A stretch of 64,000 bases of DNA from positions 7,343 to 71,342 of IMG/VR virus record IMGVR_UViG_3300045450_000050; one strand, written 5' to 3'. Made by a program: the position numbers and the translations under genes. Positions within the stretch are counted from its first letter, which is position 1, and the number at the start of each line of letters is the position of its first letter. Source of the stretch: a virus (taxonomy: Duplodnaviria; Heunggongvirae; Uroviricota; Caudoviricetes). Under the pieces are notes generated by a model that had not been told where the DNA came from, searched no databases, and saw only the letters and a program-made list of their open reading frames with translations. Below, in pieces: positions 52,367 to 61,061 of this stretch.

Positions 52367-52987
52367 TCATCGAGCGTCCTGCCTGGGAGCATCCGCCAGG
52401 GAGTAGAGAACATCTTCCCAGGACCCATCCGTCCAGTTCAGGATACGCGGTCCAGGGAGCATCGAGTTGTAGGGCTGATCGAAGTAGATCCGCTCCCAGA
52501 CGGGAGGCATGGGTGCATCCGGCTCCAGCAGACGACCCTTGATGACCGGCTTGTCGTCCACGAGCACGTCTGCGATCACGAGGGTCTTGTCGCCTCCGAG
52601 GAACAGGTTCTCGCGGGCCCAGGAGCCCACGTGTCGCTTCAGCCAGTCCGCCTTGGCCTGGAATCCCATGGGGTTGGATACCCAGGGGCTGGAGACGAAG
52701 ACGATGTCATGGCCATCCGCGCGCATCTTCTTGATCGCTTCGACTGCGCCGGGCATGGTGGGCAGGTTCGGGTAGAACTCCGGGTGCTCCAGGATCTTGT
52801 AGACGAGCTTCTTGTGCTCGGGGGCGGTCGTCTTGTAGTCGTTCCATCCGCGATGTGGCTGGCGCGGGAACTCAGCAAGCTCCGGCACGAGATCAAGCTG
52901 CCCGTCGAGGTAGCCGTCCCAGTCGGCGATGACGCCGTCCATGTCGAGTCCGATCAGCATGTTGTCTCCTTCGATTCCTGTTTCCAC
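52367..52987 (-). CDS. 5'(3')-deoxyribonucleotidase, HAD family
   Basis: IGLDMDGVIAD, FVSS, DKTLV.ADVLVDDKP, FDQPYN. Confidence 0.92.
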   Translation of the reverse strand: METGIEGDNMLIGLDMDGVIADWDGYLDGQLDLVPELAEFPRQPHRGWNDYKTTAPEHKKLVYKILEHPEFYPNLPTMPGAVEAIKKMRADGHDIVFVSSPWVSNPMGFQAKADWLKRHVGSWARENLFLGGDKTLVIADVLVDDKPVIKGRLLEPDAPMPPVWERIYFDQPYNSMLPGPRILNWTDGSWEDVLYSLADAPRQDAR

Positions 52988-53026
52988 ATGTGGAAACTCC
53001 TGTGGATAGTTCTTACGTGATACGCG

Positions 53027-53389
53027 CTAAACGGTGGCTGGAGCCACTCTTCGCTGCGCGTATATCTCTCGGCGTCGAGCGTTTCTGGCCTCGCGACGCT
53101 GCTTCTCCTCGGCACGCTCTCGCGCAGCCTCTCGTGCGCCCTCAGCGGCGTTGCAGGACATGCACATGGGCCGGATGTTGCCCTTGACGTAGCGACCGCC
53201 CTTGCGGCCCGGTATGGGGTAGCGGTCCTTGGTGATCTCGCTGTAGAGCAGTCGCCGCCCGCACGTGCCGAAGCACGTTACCGTCAGGCCATCTCCGAAC
53301 TCCGCCAGCATCCAGGTCTTCAGCTTGCGGCTCTCGTACGAGCTGGGCTTCTGGTTCTTGTTGCTGCCACGGCTCTCTCGCCTCACCAT
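53027..53389 (-). CDS. HNH-like endonuclease
   Basis: CFGTCG..ITKDRYPIPG..GG.Y..GNIRPMCMSCN. Confidence 0.72.
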   Translation of the reverse strand: MVRRESRGSNKNQKPSSYESRKLKTWMLAEFGDGLTVTCFGTCGRRLLYSEITKDRYPIPGRKGGRYVKGNIRPMCMSCNAAEGAREAARERAEEKQRREARNARRREIYAQRRVAPATV

Positions 53390-53522
53390 GCGATCACCTG
53401 GAGGATTCCGCAGTCGAGGCAGATCAGGCCCTGTCCGTCGCGCTGTTGGCGGGCGGCGGGATGGGTGCATGAGCGGTCCTTCCAGCGCGGGAAGTCCTCT
53501 GGCGTCGCCGTCTCAGGGTCGA

Positions 53523-54008
53523 TCACTTCACTGCCTCCCACACGATGGACGGGTGACCTGCTTTAGTCTGGCGCTTCTGGCCGCTGTCGCGCACCCAGCC
53601 CACTTCCGTCAGCTCTGCTCGCCGCGAGCGCACGCCTGACGCTGTCACGTTCTTGCCCCCGCGCTCGAACACATCCAGCAACTCCTCGTCCGTCATGGGC
53701 TTGCGATCCAGCAGGCCGAAGATGACTGTGTAGAGCGCTCGCGACTTCTCCGGCGTCTGGCTCAGCGCCGCTTGAAGAGACGTGTCGGGGTCATACCGGC
53801 GCAGCTTCGACTTGGTCTCGGTCGAGATCTCCTTGACAGGCGTTCTGGTGGCCGTGGGGATGGTTTCCCGCAGGCGCTTGATGACGATGAGTCCGCCGTC
53901 GAGGCGGTGAGCCGCAACAGAGCCATCCTCCTGCTCTGTGCGGGCAGCACGAAGACCCGCCTCCTGTTCGTCGAGGAAGTCCAGGAGGCGGGTGAGGTCG
54001 ATCTTCAT
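53523..54008 (-). CDS. winged-HTH DNA-binding protein
   Basis: MTDEELLDV..TASGVRSRRAELTEVGWVRDSG..TKAGHPSIVW. Confidence 0.75.
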   Translation of the reverse strand: MKIDLTRLLDFLDEQEAGLRAARTEQEDGSVAAHRLDGGLIVIKRLRETIPTATRTPVKEISTETKSKLRRYDPDTSLQAALSQTPEKSRALYTVIFGLLDRKPMTDEELLDVFERGGKNVTASGVRSRRAELTEVGWVRDSGQKRQTKAGHPSIVWEAVK

Positions 54009-54415
54009 GCGAAGAGCGGCGAGGACTTCGGGGCCTGGATCATGACGAAGCCCATGTTGATCATGTGCGCTTCCTGCGCCGCGTTCTGGACCCCGGTGTC
54101 GCGCGGGAGCACGACGTACCAGATCTTCATCAGGTGTCCGAGACCTGCCAGTGCGAGACCCAGTCCTTGGTCACCGAGCCACGTGCCGAGTTCCGAGTAC
54201 GCCGTCTGAGTTCGGAAATCAGAGATCCGGAGCGTGTTGTGCTCTCCGACCTCCGCATCACGAATGGCCTTGACCAGCTCAGCGCTGGTCAGCTTGCTGC
54301 CCTCATACAGGCGGATGCCGAAGAACCCGACATCGACTGCGCCGACCGTCGTGCGCTCGACTTGTTCTGCGTTCGCCACGATCAGTTCGGCGAGCGCTGT
54401 CGTGGCGGGGCTCAC
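54005..54415 (-). CDS. hypothetical protein
   Basis: 136 aa, 4-nt overlaps. Confidence 0.7.
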   Translation of the reverse strand: MSPATTALAELIVANAEQVERTTVGAVDVGFFGIRLYEGSKLTSAELVKAIRDAEVGEHNTLRISDFRTQTAYSELGTWLGDQGLGLALAGLGHLMKIWYVVLPRDTGVQNAAQEAHMINMGFVMIQAPKSSPLFA

Positions 54416-54759
54416 GAAGCGGCCTTGCGGATTCGGAGCGGGGCCATGACCGTGACCGGCCCGACCTCGGTCTCGACGTGCAGCATGGACGAGCCGCGCT
54501 CGGAGCCCGCGAGCTTGCCGTCGTGCCAGTCGCCGGAGACGAGCACCTGGACGTACTCACCGACCTTGTAGGCCTTCAGCGGTGGGTGCAGCTCGAAGGG
54601 ATTCTGAGGGACGTAGTTCACGCCGTCCCAGTTGATGACGGCACGATCCTTGGTCGCGATGACGCCGGGACCAAGGACGAGGTTGTCGCCTTCCTCGTAG
54701 GGGTAGGTCTTCAGGTCCGCTGCCGTGATGGGGGTGGCGTCGATCTGGTTGTCGCTCAC
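54412..54759 (-). CDS. hypothetical protein, SH3-like C-terminus
   Basis: Start VSDNQI; YKVGEYVQVLVSGDWHDG. Confidence 0.65.
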   Translation of the reverse strand: MSDNQIDATPITAADLKTYPYEEGDNLVLGPGVIATKDRAVINWDGVNYVPQNPFELHPPLKAYKVGEYVQVLVSGDWHDGKLAGSERGSSMLHVETEVGPVTVMAPLRIRKAAS

Positions 54760-55328
54760 TTGTGCTCCGTTCCGAGGTTGATCTGGGTGACCGACAGCTT
54801 CTTGCCGATCAGTTCGTTGCCGAGTTCGCGCAGCCAGCGCTTCTCGGTGCCTTCCTTGACGTACGCCAGCGTCACGTGCGGGCGGTACTTCAGGAAGGTG
54901 TTGATGTGGGGCAGCAGCTCCAGGCGAGCGTGGCCTTCCAGCAGCTCGGGGGTGACCTTGATGTGCGCGACGATGCACTTGTACGGCTCGTCGGGGTACG
55001 GCGAGTCGAAGACGCCGATCTTCTCGATGGTCACGTCGTCGAGAGACCAGCCGCGCAGCACCTCGGCGATCTCGGCCTTCAGCTTGGTGCCGTGCTGGAG
55101 CAGACCGTACAGAAGTGTCACGTGCGCCCCGTTGGCCGCGACAGCGCCACGAATCCAGTAGTGCGCCTTGTCAGCGGCGTGATACAGATCCGCCTCGCCC
55201 TTGGTCACCATCTCCAGCACGTCGATGGGCTCGGTGTCGGCCATCACACAGCCAAGCTTGTTCACGTCGATGCCCAGGGAGGCGTAGACGTGGGGGAAGT
55301 CGTTTGCGGACAGGTCGCGCTCAGCCAT
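54756..55328 (-). CDS. 2H phosphodiesterase (Acb1/LigT-like)
   Basis: Two HxT motifs: AHVTLLYGL and RPHVTLAYV. Confidence 0.85.
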   Translation of the reverse strand: MAERDLSANDFPHVYASLGIDVNKLGCVMADTEPIDVLEMVTKGEADLYHAADKAHYWIRGAVAANGAHVTLLYGLLQHGTKLKAEIAEVLRGWSLDDVTIEKIGVFDSPYPDEPYKCIVAHIKVTPELLEGHARLELLPHINTFLKYRPHVTLAYVKEGTEKRWLRELGNELIGKKLSVTQINLGTEHK

Positions 55329-55743
55329 TGGCGGGCTCCTCGGTGATGGTGATCTTGGTCTGGGGACGGGTGGCTTCGATGATCTCGTCGATGAAGGTGT
55401 GGATGTCGGGCGTCATCTCCGTGTTGCGGCTCCCGATGGTATCTATGCCAATCAATCCTGCGCGCCAACCCGACTGATACGGTGAGCCGTCCTTCTTCAG
55501 AAGGCGCAGGTAGACCACGCCATTCGAGAACCAGTGACCCGTGTCAGTCCTGTAGCCGTGGGTGACGCGACCCTCCAGCACCTCTGCCTTGTATGTCGTT
55601 TCGACGTACCGGCGACCGCGCCGCTCGAAGCTCTGATACTCCACTGTCAGGGGAGCAGAGCGCCGGATGATGAAGCCGCGCGAGAACATGCGGCGCTCTT
55701 CGGGAATGACCGTCCAGTCGCCGACGATCAGCGAGTCAGTCAT
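55321..55743 (-). CDS. hypothetical protein, paralogue of next gene
   Basis: Start MTDSLI; aligns by eye with 55736..56212. Confidence 0.72.
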   Translation of the reverse strand: MTDSLIVGDWTVIPEERRMFSRGFIIRRSAPLTVEYQSFERRGRRYVETTYKAEVLEGRVTHGYRTDTGHWFSNGVVYLRLLKKDGSPYQSGWRAGLIGIDTIGSRNTEMTPDIHTFIDEIIEATRPQTKITITEEPANG

Positions 55744-56212
55744 CGAGAAGCTCCTCGTGGACCTGGATCGTGATCTTCGTCTTGGGTTTGGTCGCAGCCA
55801 GGACGGACTGAGTGATCTTCTCGCGACTGGAGGGGATCTCGTCGAGATCGTCTGAGAAGTGGAGATCACGAATGTCCACGGTGCCGCCCTTGGGATTGCG
55901 GTATGAGTACGGCTCCAGGGTTGTCGGGTTGAGCAGCCGCACGCGGATGTTGGGGGCGGAAGCTCGCCAGTTCTGCTTCTCTTCGTCCCACCAGTACGTC
56001 ACGTGCACTCGCTCGACCTGCGCCGGGTAGACCGCGTCGATGAGCTGACCACGGTACTTCTCGACGGTGACATAGTCGATGATCAGGGTGTCGACGGGCT
56101 CGATTTCGAAGCCCTTGCGGGTGCCCATGGCGATGGCGTTCGGCGGGGCGTCCGGAGTGATCTTCCAGCCCTCAGGGCCGGGGATCTCGATCTCGGGCAG
56201 CTTGGTCTGCAT
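55736..56212 (-). CDS. hypothetical protein, paralogue of previous gene
   Basis: Start MQTKLP. Confidence 0.72.
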   Translation of the reverse strand: MQTKLPEIEIPGPEGWKITPDAPPNAIAMGTRKGFEIEPVDTLIIDYVTVEKYRGQLIDAVYPAQVERVHVTYWWDEEKQNWRASAPNIRVRLLNPTTLEPYSYRNPKGGTVDIRDLHFSDDLDEIPSSREKITQSVLAATKPKTKITIQVHEELLDD

Positions 56213-56538
56213 CAGTCGCTCCACATCTTGCGGACAAGTCGGATGGTCGTCGGGTCGCCCCCGACGCTGGTCAGGTGGTCGACGATCTGGTCACGCACCC
56301 GGCGTTCCAGGGGCGCAGTGTAGGTCGCCTTCTTGACGTACTTCTCCAGTGCCTTCGCCGTCAGCGAGGCTCGGAAGGTGCCATCGACGTGACCGTGAAG
56401 GATCTCGATCAGGCCCTTGCCTTCCAGGACCTTGGCTGTGCGCCGGAGCGCGTTGTCGATGGGCCAGAAGGGCTCTCCCAGGCGGTGACGTGCGATCAGC
56501 AGATCGAGCATCTGGTCCTGAGCGGCGGTGAGCGTCAC
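56212..56538 (-). CDS. hypothetical protein, possible winged helix
   Basis: VTLTAAQDQMLDLL..AKVLEGKGLIE..SLTAKA. Confidence 0.6.
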   Translation of the reverse strand: MTLTAAQDQMLDLLIARHRLGEPFWPIDNALRRTAKVLEGKGLIEILHGHVDGTFRASLTAKALEKYVKKATYTAPLERRVRDQIVDHLTSVGGDPTTIRLVRKMWSD

Positions 56539-56912
56539 GCTGTGGCCTTGGGGCGGATCGCGGCGAACCACCGGCTGGCCAGCCATGCGACCGCAGCCTC
56601 CTTGTGCTCGTGCTTGGGCTCGTACGAGCCCATGAGCGCGCGGAGGTGAGTGAACGCGGTGTTGCCATCCACATCGGGGCGCACGAGCAGGTCCCACTTC
56701 GCGAACGGATCACCCTGGAAGAACCAGTGGCTCACGAACTTCTCCCACTCGGCGCGGTCGGGGTAGTCCGTGGGGATGTCCGCGTGCAGCGGCATCAGGG
56801 TGCCCACGACGTTGGCAGGGAACGCCCGCTGCGCAGCAGAGAGGGCCTTGGGCTGGTCGAAGCCGTCGTTCAGCGGCTCGGAGAGGGGGAGTGTCTGAGG
56901 CTCATCGGTCAT
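56535..56912 (-). CDS. hypothetical protein, leaderless start
   Basis: 125 aa; TATAAC 4 nt before ATG. Confidence 0.75.
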   Translation of the reverse strand: MTDEPQTLPLSEPLNDGFDQPKALSAAQRAFPANVVGTLMPLHADIPTDYPDRAEWEKFVSHWFFQGDPFAKWDLLVRPDVDGNTAFTHLRALMGSYEPKHEHKEAAVAWLASRWFAAIRPKATA

Positions 56913-57075
56913 GCCCGTTATACGCGTTAGCGCGTATCGGTATCAACCATAAAGTCGAGAATGTCGAAATTGTGTTGCTCAAATGCCCATTCGCGCAATT
57001 CCTGCGCCCGCTGCATGTCCCCGCGGCGAACGGCTCGGCGCACCTCGTCCTTGTAGGCGCGCACCAGACCAGCCG

Positions 57076-57315
57076 TCACGACTGGAGCACCAGAGGAGTG
57101 GTGTAGCCCGACCACTCGAACTGCGAGGTCGGCCCGCCGCCTCCGATGCGGAACACGCGGGTGTAGTGCGCCTTGCGGTAGCCGTACTGAGGCAGCTCGC
57201 CCTTCTTGTGGATCGCGATCATGGCGTCCAGCACGATCTCGTTTCGACCCTCCGGGATGGCCATCGCCTCCCCGTGCTTGGGTCCTCCGTGGAGCGTCAC
57301 TTCCTCAGCCAACAT
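57076..57315 (-). CDS. hypothetical protein
   Basis: 79 aa, AAGGAGG RBS, CCGATACTC at 57334-57342. Confidence 0.72.
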   Translation of the reverse strand: MLAEEVTLHGGPKHGEAMAIPEGRNEIVLDAMIAIHKKGELPQYGYRKAHYTRVFRIGGGGPTSQFEWSGYTTPLVLQS

Positions 57316-57348
57316 GGCGCACCTCCTTGCTCGGAGTATCGGTCTGAC

Positions 57349-57540
57349 TCACTGCTGGACCCACTCCACACGCACGGTCAGCGTCACAGGGAACGGCTCC
57401 TTCTCGGAGTAGTCCTCGTGTACCTCGACCTCGCGAATGATGGCCTCCTTGGGCACCTCAGCGAGGGCGGTGACCAGACCTTCGACGGTGGCAGCACTCG
57501 TGATGGTCGCACGCACGAAGCTCTCCTGATCGCGAATCAC
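57349..57540 (-). CDS. hypothetical protein
   Basis: Start VIRDQE; overlap with neighbour. Confidence 0.6.
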   Translation of the reverse strand: MIRDQESFVRATITSAATVEGLVTALAEVPKEAIIREVEVHEDYSEKEPFPVTLTVRVEWVQQ

Positions 57541-57734
57541 GTGGTCTCCTTGTGGATCGACTTCAGTTCGTAAACGGCGACGTGCCGGTCCTTCGCGGCC
57601 CACACCTTCAGCCACTCGGCCAAGTCATCCTCGTCGTAGGCATACGCCGAGTCACCGTAGCTGGTCTTCATGTAGAACTGCGCGGGCTCACCTTTGCGGA
57701 AACGCGTGCGCTGGCGGGGTAGGTCGCCGGTCAT
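57537..57734 (-). CDS. hypothetical protein
   Basis: 65 aa, 4-nt overlaps. Confidence 0.6.
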   Translation of the reverse strand: MTGDLPRQRTRFRKGEPAQFYMKTSYGDSAYAYDEDDLAEWLKVWAAKDRHVAVYELKSIHKETT

Positions 57735-58741
57735 CCGATCTCCTCCACGATCTCGATGGCGGTCTTGCGAACGCGAGGCGATACATCTTCGCGCCCGCGG
57801 ATGTGCTCCACGACGGACCCGGTGCTGGATACGTCGAGCGAGGACGAGCCGATCTCGCGCAAGAACTCGTCGAGGTTGCGGCGCTCGGTCTTCTTGTCCT
57901 CAGCCTGCGCGATCTTGAACACCTCGCTGGCGGGCTTGTGCGGGACGACGATCTCCGTGAAGCCGTCCTCCGTCCAGAGAGCGACCTTGATCTGACGTTC
58001 CAGGTTGTACTCGTGCAGCGATCCGCGCGAGATTGCGCCCATGTTCGCGTAGGTGACGCCCCGGACCTTGAAGATCCCATGGTCTTCGTGGATGTGGCCG
58101 TAGTACAGGAAGCCTTCCCCGCCCATGGCGGCGGAGATGCCCTTGTCACCCATCGTCGGCACCAGCTCCCACTGGATGTTCTCCGCCTCCTTGGGCGGAT
58201 AGATCGGTGCATGGGTGACGGCCAGGGCCCGGGTGATGTCGATGGGGTCGACGATGTCCTCTTCGCCGATGATCGGCCCAGAAGTCTGTCGCCAGTCCTT
58301 GAACGCCTCCCAGGCGCTGTTCTCGTTCGTGGTCCAGTCCTGTCGCCACGGCACGCCGTACAGGGGCAGGGTCTTGTGCCAGCCGACCAGCTCGCGCAGG
58401 CCTGCGGCGTAGAGCACTCCGAGCGGCTGCTTTTCCTGGATCGAGGCCAGCACGTCGTTGGAGATGTCGTGGTTGCCCGTCACAGCGATCAACTCGACGC
58501 CCAGCTCCTTGGCCAGGTGGATGAGGCTGATCATGCGCAGGACGAGCGCGTGGGACGTGCGAGAGGGGCTCTTGTGGTGGAAGATGTCCCCGGCCCAGAC
58601 GATGGCATCGTACTTCTGCTCCGCTGCGAGGCGGATCGTCCAGGTAAGCATCTCGATGATGTCGTCCATGTAGGACTCGGCGGCGTTCACAGGCGCTCGG
58701 TCCATCGCATGGATGTCGCCGACGCAGAGGATTTTGGTCAT
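57731..58741 (-). CDS. SbcD/Mre11-like metallophosphoesterase nuclease
   Basis: VGDIH, AGDIFH, VTGNHD, VTH, YGHIH, NMGAISR. Confidence 0.9.
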   Translation of the reverse strand: MTKILCVGDIHAMDRAPVNAAESYMDDIIEMLTWTIRLAAEQKYDAIVWAGDIFHHKSPSRTSHALVLRMISLIHLAKELGVELIAVTGNHDISNDVLASIQEKQPLGVLYAAGLRELVGWHKTLPLYGVPWRQDWTTNENSAWEAFKDWRQTSGPIIGEEDIVDPIDITRALAVTHAPIYPPKEAENIQWELVPTMGDKGISAAMGGEGFLYYGHIHEDHGIFKVRGVTYANMGAISRGSLHEYNLERQIKVALWTEDGFTEIVVPHKPASEVFKIAQAEDKKTERRNLDEFLREIGSSSLDVSSTGSVVEHIRGREDVSPRVRKTAIEIVEEIG

Positions 58742-58929
58742 ACCCGTGATACGCCTGAAACCCTAGTCAGAGAAGGTGTATGCGTCAGGATTTCTGAGTG
58801 TGATAACAGACCACGAGGCGAGCTTGCCGTTCAGGGCCTTGGCGAAGTCGTCAGCCTGACTCCGCGTGCCGAATGGTCCCCAGTTGCCTGAGAGCTTGGG
58901 GTCCACGCAGCGGTATTCGAGGAAGAAGC

Positions 58930-59178
58930 TCACGGGGCGAGGGGACCGAAGATGGCTTCGAGATGTGCAGGCGTCATGAGCGGACGGCCGACGTTGTTCG
59001 GGTCGCTCGGGACCTTGACGGTGTCCGCGAGCTTGAATGCCGTCCCGGCCGACAACTCGCCGTGCGCCTGAGAGACCTTAGACGCAGAGTCTGCCGCAGC
59101 TCGATAGACAGCCATCAGGCCTTCTTGGTCCACCTCATGGGTCGTCAGAATGACGATCTGGTGGAGCTGGAAACTCAC
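58930..59178 (-). CDS. hypothetical protein
   Basis: 82 aa ORF. Confidence 0.6.
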   Translation of the reverse strand: MSFQLHQIVILTTHEVDQEGLMAVYRAAADSASKVSQAHGELSAGTAFKLADTVKVPSDPNNVGRPLMTPAHLEAIFGPLAP

Positions 59179-59312
59179 TTGGTGTCCCTAGCCGGGCACA
59201 GGTCGGAGTGGATGGTCGTGCTGTCCTGCATGATCACCTGACCGCAGGGGCGATGCCCCCACATCTGGTAGCCGTTGATCGTGATCTGGTGCCAGTCTTC
59301 TTGCCCAGCCAT
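59175..59312 (-). CDS. small hypothetical protein
   Basis: MAGQEDW..HRPCG..HSDLC, 45 aa. Confidence 0.5.
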   Translation of the reverse strand: MAGQEDWHQITINGYQMWGHRPCGQVIMQDSTTIHSDLCPARDTK

Positions 59313-59313
59313 C

Positions 59314-59895
59314 TCAGGCCTCCACTTGCTTCGTGCGCTTGTAGGTGCGCTGGTATTCGTTGAACTGCTGACGGTACGCCTTGTCCTGGGAGTAGCGCTC
59401 AGCGCGATCCTGGCTCGACTTCTGGCGTGCTGCCTTCGTCTTTTCCGGGTTGCGCTCACGCCAGCGACGAGCGCGCTCACGTGCGGCCTCACGCTGTGCC
59501 TCGGTGCGATTGGCGGTGTACCCCTTGGCCTGTTCACGACGGCGCTCGGCGGCTTCCTCGGGCGTGTAGGTGCGTGGTCGACCCGGGCGCTTTTTCTCGT
59601 CGGGCTTCTTCTTGGGTGTGCGCTTGCGCGGAGCGGCCTTCGACTTGGCCACGCCCGGCTTCTCCGCAGGGGCCGCAGCCTCGAACGCGTCGTCGTCCTG
59701 GGCAGGAGCGGGAGGCACGACCGGGTTCTCCGGAGTGCGCTCGATGGAGCCGTCTGCCCACACGAACAGTCCACGCTTTTCGACGGCGACTGCCAGGTCT
59801 GCCTTGGCAGGGAAGTAGTGCGTGCCGTCGATGGCGATGGGACTCTTGTCGTTGTGCTCGACAGTCCAGCCTTGCTCAGTCTCGATGATCTTCAT
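59314..59895 (-). CDS. basic DNA-binding-like protein with AT-hook-like PGRPR
   Basis: Start MKIIET; KAAPRKRTPKKK, PGRPR, long charged helix. Confidence 0.72.
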   Translation of the reverse strand: MKIIETEQGWTVEHNDKSPIAIDGTHYFPAKADLAVAVEKRGLFVWADGSIERTPENPVVPPAPAQDDDAFEAAAPAEKPGVAKSKAAPRKRTPKKKPDEKKRPGRPRTYTPEEAAERRREQAKGYTANRTEAQREAARERARRWRERNPEKTKAARQKSSQDRAERYSQDKAYRQQFNEYQRTYKRTKQVEA

Positions 59896-59964
59896 GTGGG
59901 TCCGTATCGCTCTTGGTGATACGAAAAGTATAGCGCGTATACGCATATACTCTCGGGTCGCGAA

Positions 59965-60378
59965 TCAACTGTCAGTCGCCACCACAACGACCTTGTCGGG
60001 ACCCATCTTGTCGATGAGTTCTCGCAGCGGGTTGATGCTCTGGTGGGCCTCTGCGGGGATGCGGTGGACGATCACTTCGGTGCCGAAGGTGGGGTACAGC
60101 GTCTCCAGCCAGGCATCGACGCTGGCTTTGACCTCGTCGCGTGTCTCGCCCGCGAAGGTCTCCGGGACCTCGACCTTGGCCAGCTCGGGGTGCTCCGCCC
60201 GCAGGTAGGGCTCGACCTCGTCACACAGACGCGGGAGCTGGTGGGTGAACGGGCTGGAGTCGGTGGCGAAGCCGAGGATGTCGTAGAGGCCGTCCATGTG
60301 CCGGGTCGACAGGAGACGACCGGAGGTGATGGTCAGAACGTCGCTGATGTGGAAAGAACGCGAATCAGTAGCAGTCAT
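59965..60378 (-). CDS. hypothetical protein
   Basis: Start MTATDS; DVLTITSGRLL, FTHQLPR. Confidence 0.75.
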   Translation of the reverse strand: MTATDSRSFHISDVLTITSGRLLSTRHMDGLYDILGFATDSSPFTHQLPRLCDEVEPYLRAEHPELAKVEVPETFAGETRDEVKASVDAWLETLYPTFGTEVIVHRIPAEAHQSINPLRELIDKMGPDKVVVVATDS

Positions 60379-60515
60379 AAATGCAGCATACGCGCTAACG
60401 AGCCCCACATCTACCCTCCGGAAGGCAGAATGCGGGGCTCGTCAGTTGCAGGCTCGAACTGCCACTAGATCGGTGGGGCGTGAGTGCTGAGAGCTACCCC
60501 TGACCTGCGAGCAGC

Positions 60516-60977
60516 TTACTTGTAGAAGAAGTGGCCCTTGGCGTCGGAAACCCACACGCCTTGCTCTTCGATAGCCGTCTGCGGTTCCTGGCCCTCGGGC
60601 AAGGGCTCCCAGTCACCGTGCTTGTTCGGATCGAACTCCGAGCGGCTGGTGGCCCAGTACACGTCCGTACCGTCCAGGAAGACCTGGAGGTTGCACGATG
60701 CCTGGCGAACGTGGTCTTCCCACGTGACGACGACTCCGAGGCCGTTAGTCAGGGACCCGGCCTCGAACTTCTCACGCAGAACGGATTGGTACTGGGCCCA
60801 GTCGCGCACGATCAGGGCCGGGTACTCGTCGCCCTCGCGGGGATCGTTGCCGGTGACGGTGCCTCGACCGGCGCTGAGGCGGGAGGCGACGATGGCCTTG
60901 GCATCATGCTCAGAGAGCTTGTAGATGACCATCTGGCCGACGCGGGATTCGGATGGGGTGGAGATTGCAGAGGACAT
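60516..60977 (-). CDS. hypothetical protein
   Basis: Start MSSAIS with AAAGGG RBS; VGQMVIYKL, YPALIVR, NLQVFLDG. Confidence 0.75.
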   Translation of the reverse strand: MSSAISTPSESRVGQMVIYKLSEHDAKAIVASRLSAGRGTVTGNDPREGDEYPALIVRDWAQYQSVLREKFEAGSLTNGLGVVVTWEDHVRQASCNLQVFLDGTDVYWATSRSEFDPNKHGDWEPLPEGQEPQTAIEEQGVWVSDAKGHFFYK

Positions 60978-61061
60978 GGTTGTCCCTTTCAGAATCGAGA
61001 AACAGTGATTCGCATATGCGGTTGTGTCCTGTAGCACTACGCCGAAGCGTACGAGCACATC

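Noticed and set aside
53027-53389. HNH gene as a mobile homing element or packaging nuclease
   Set aside because: Not within an intron, far from the terminase, and the catalytic His position reads DRY; activity doubtful
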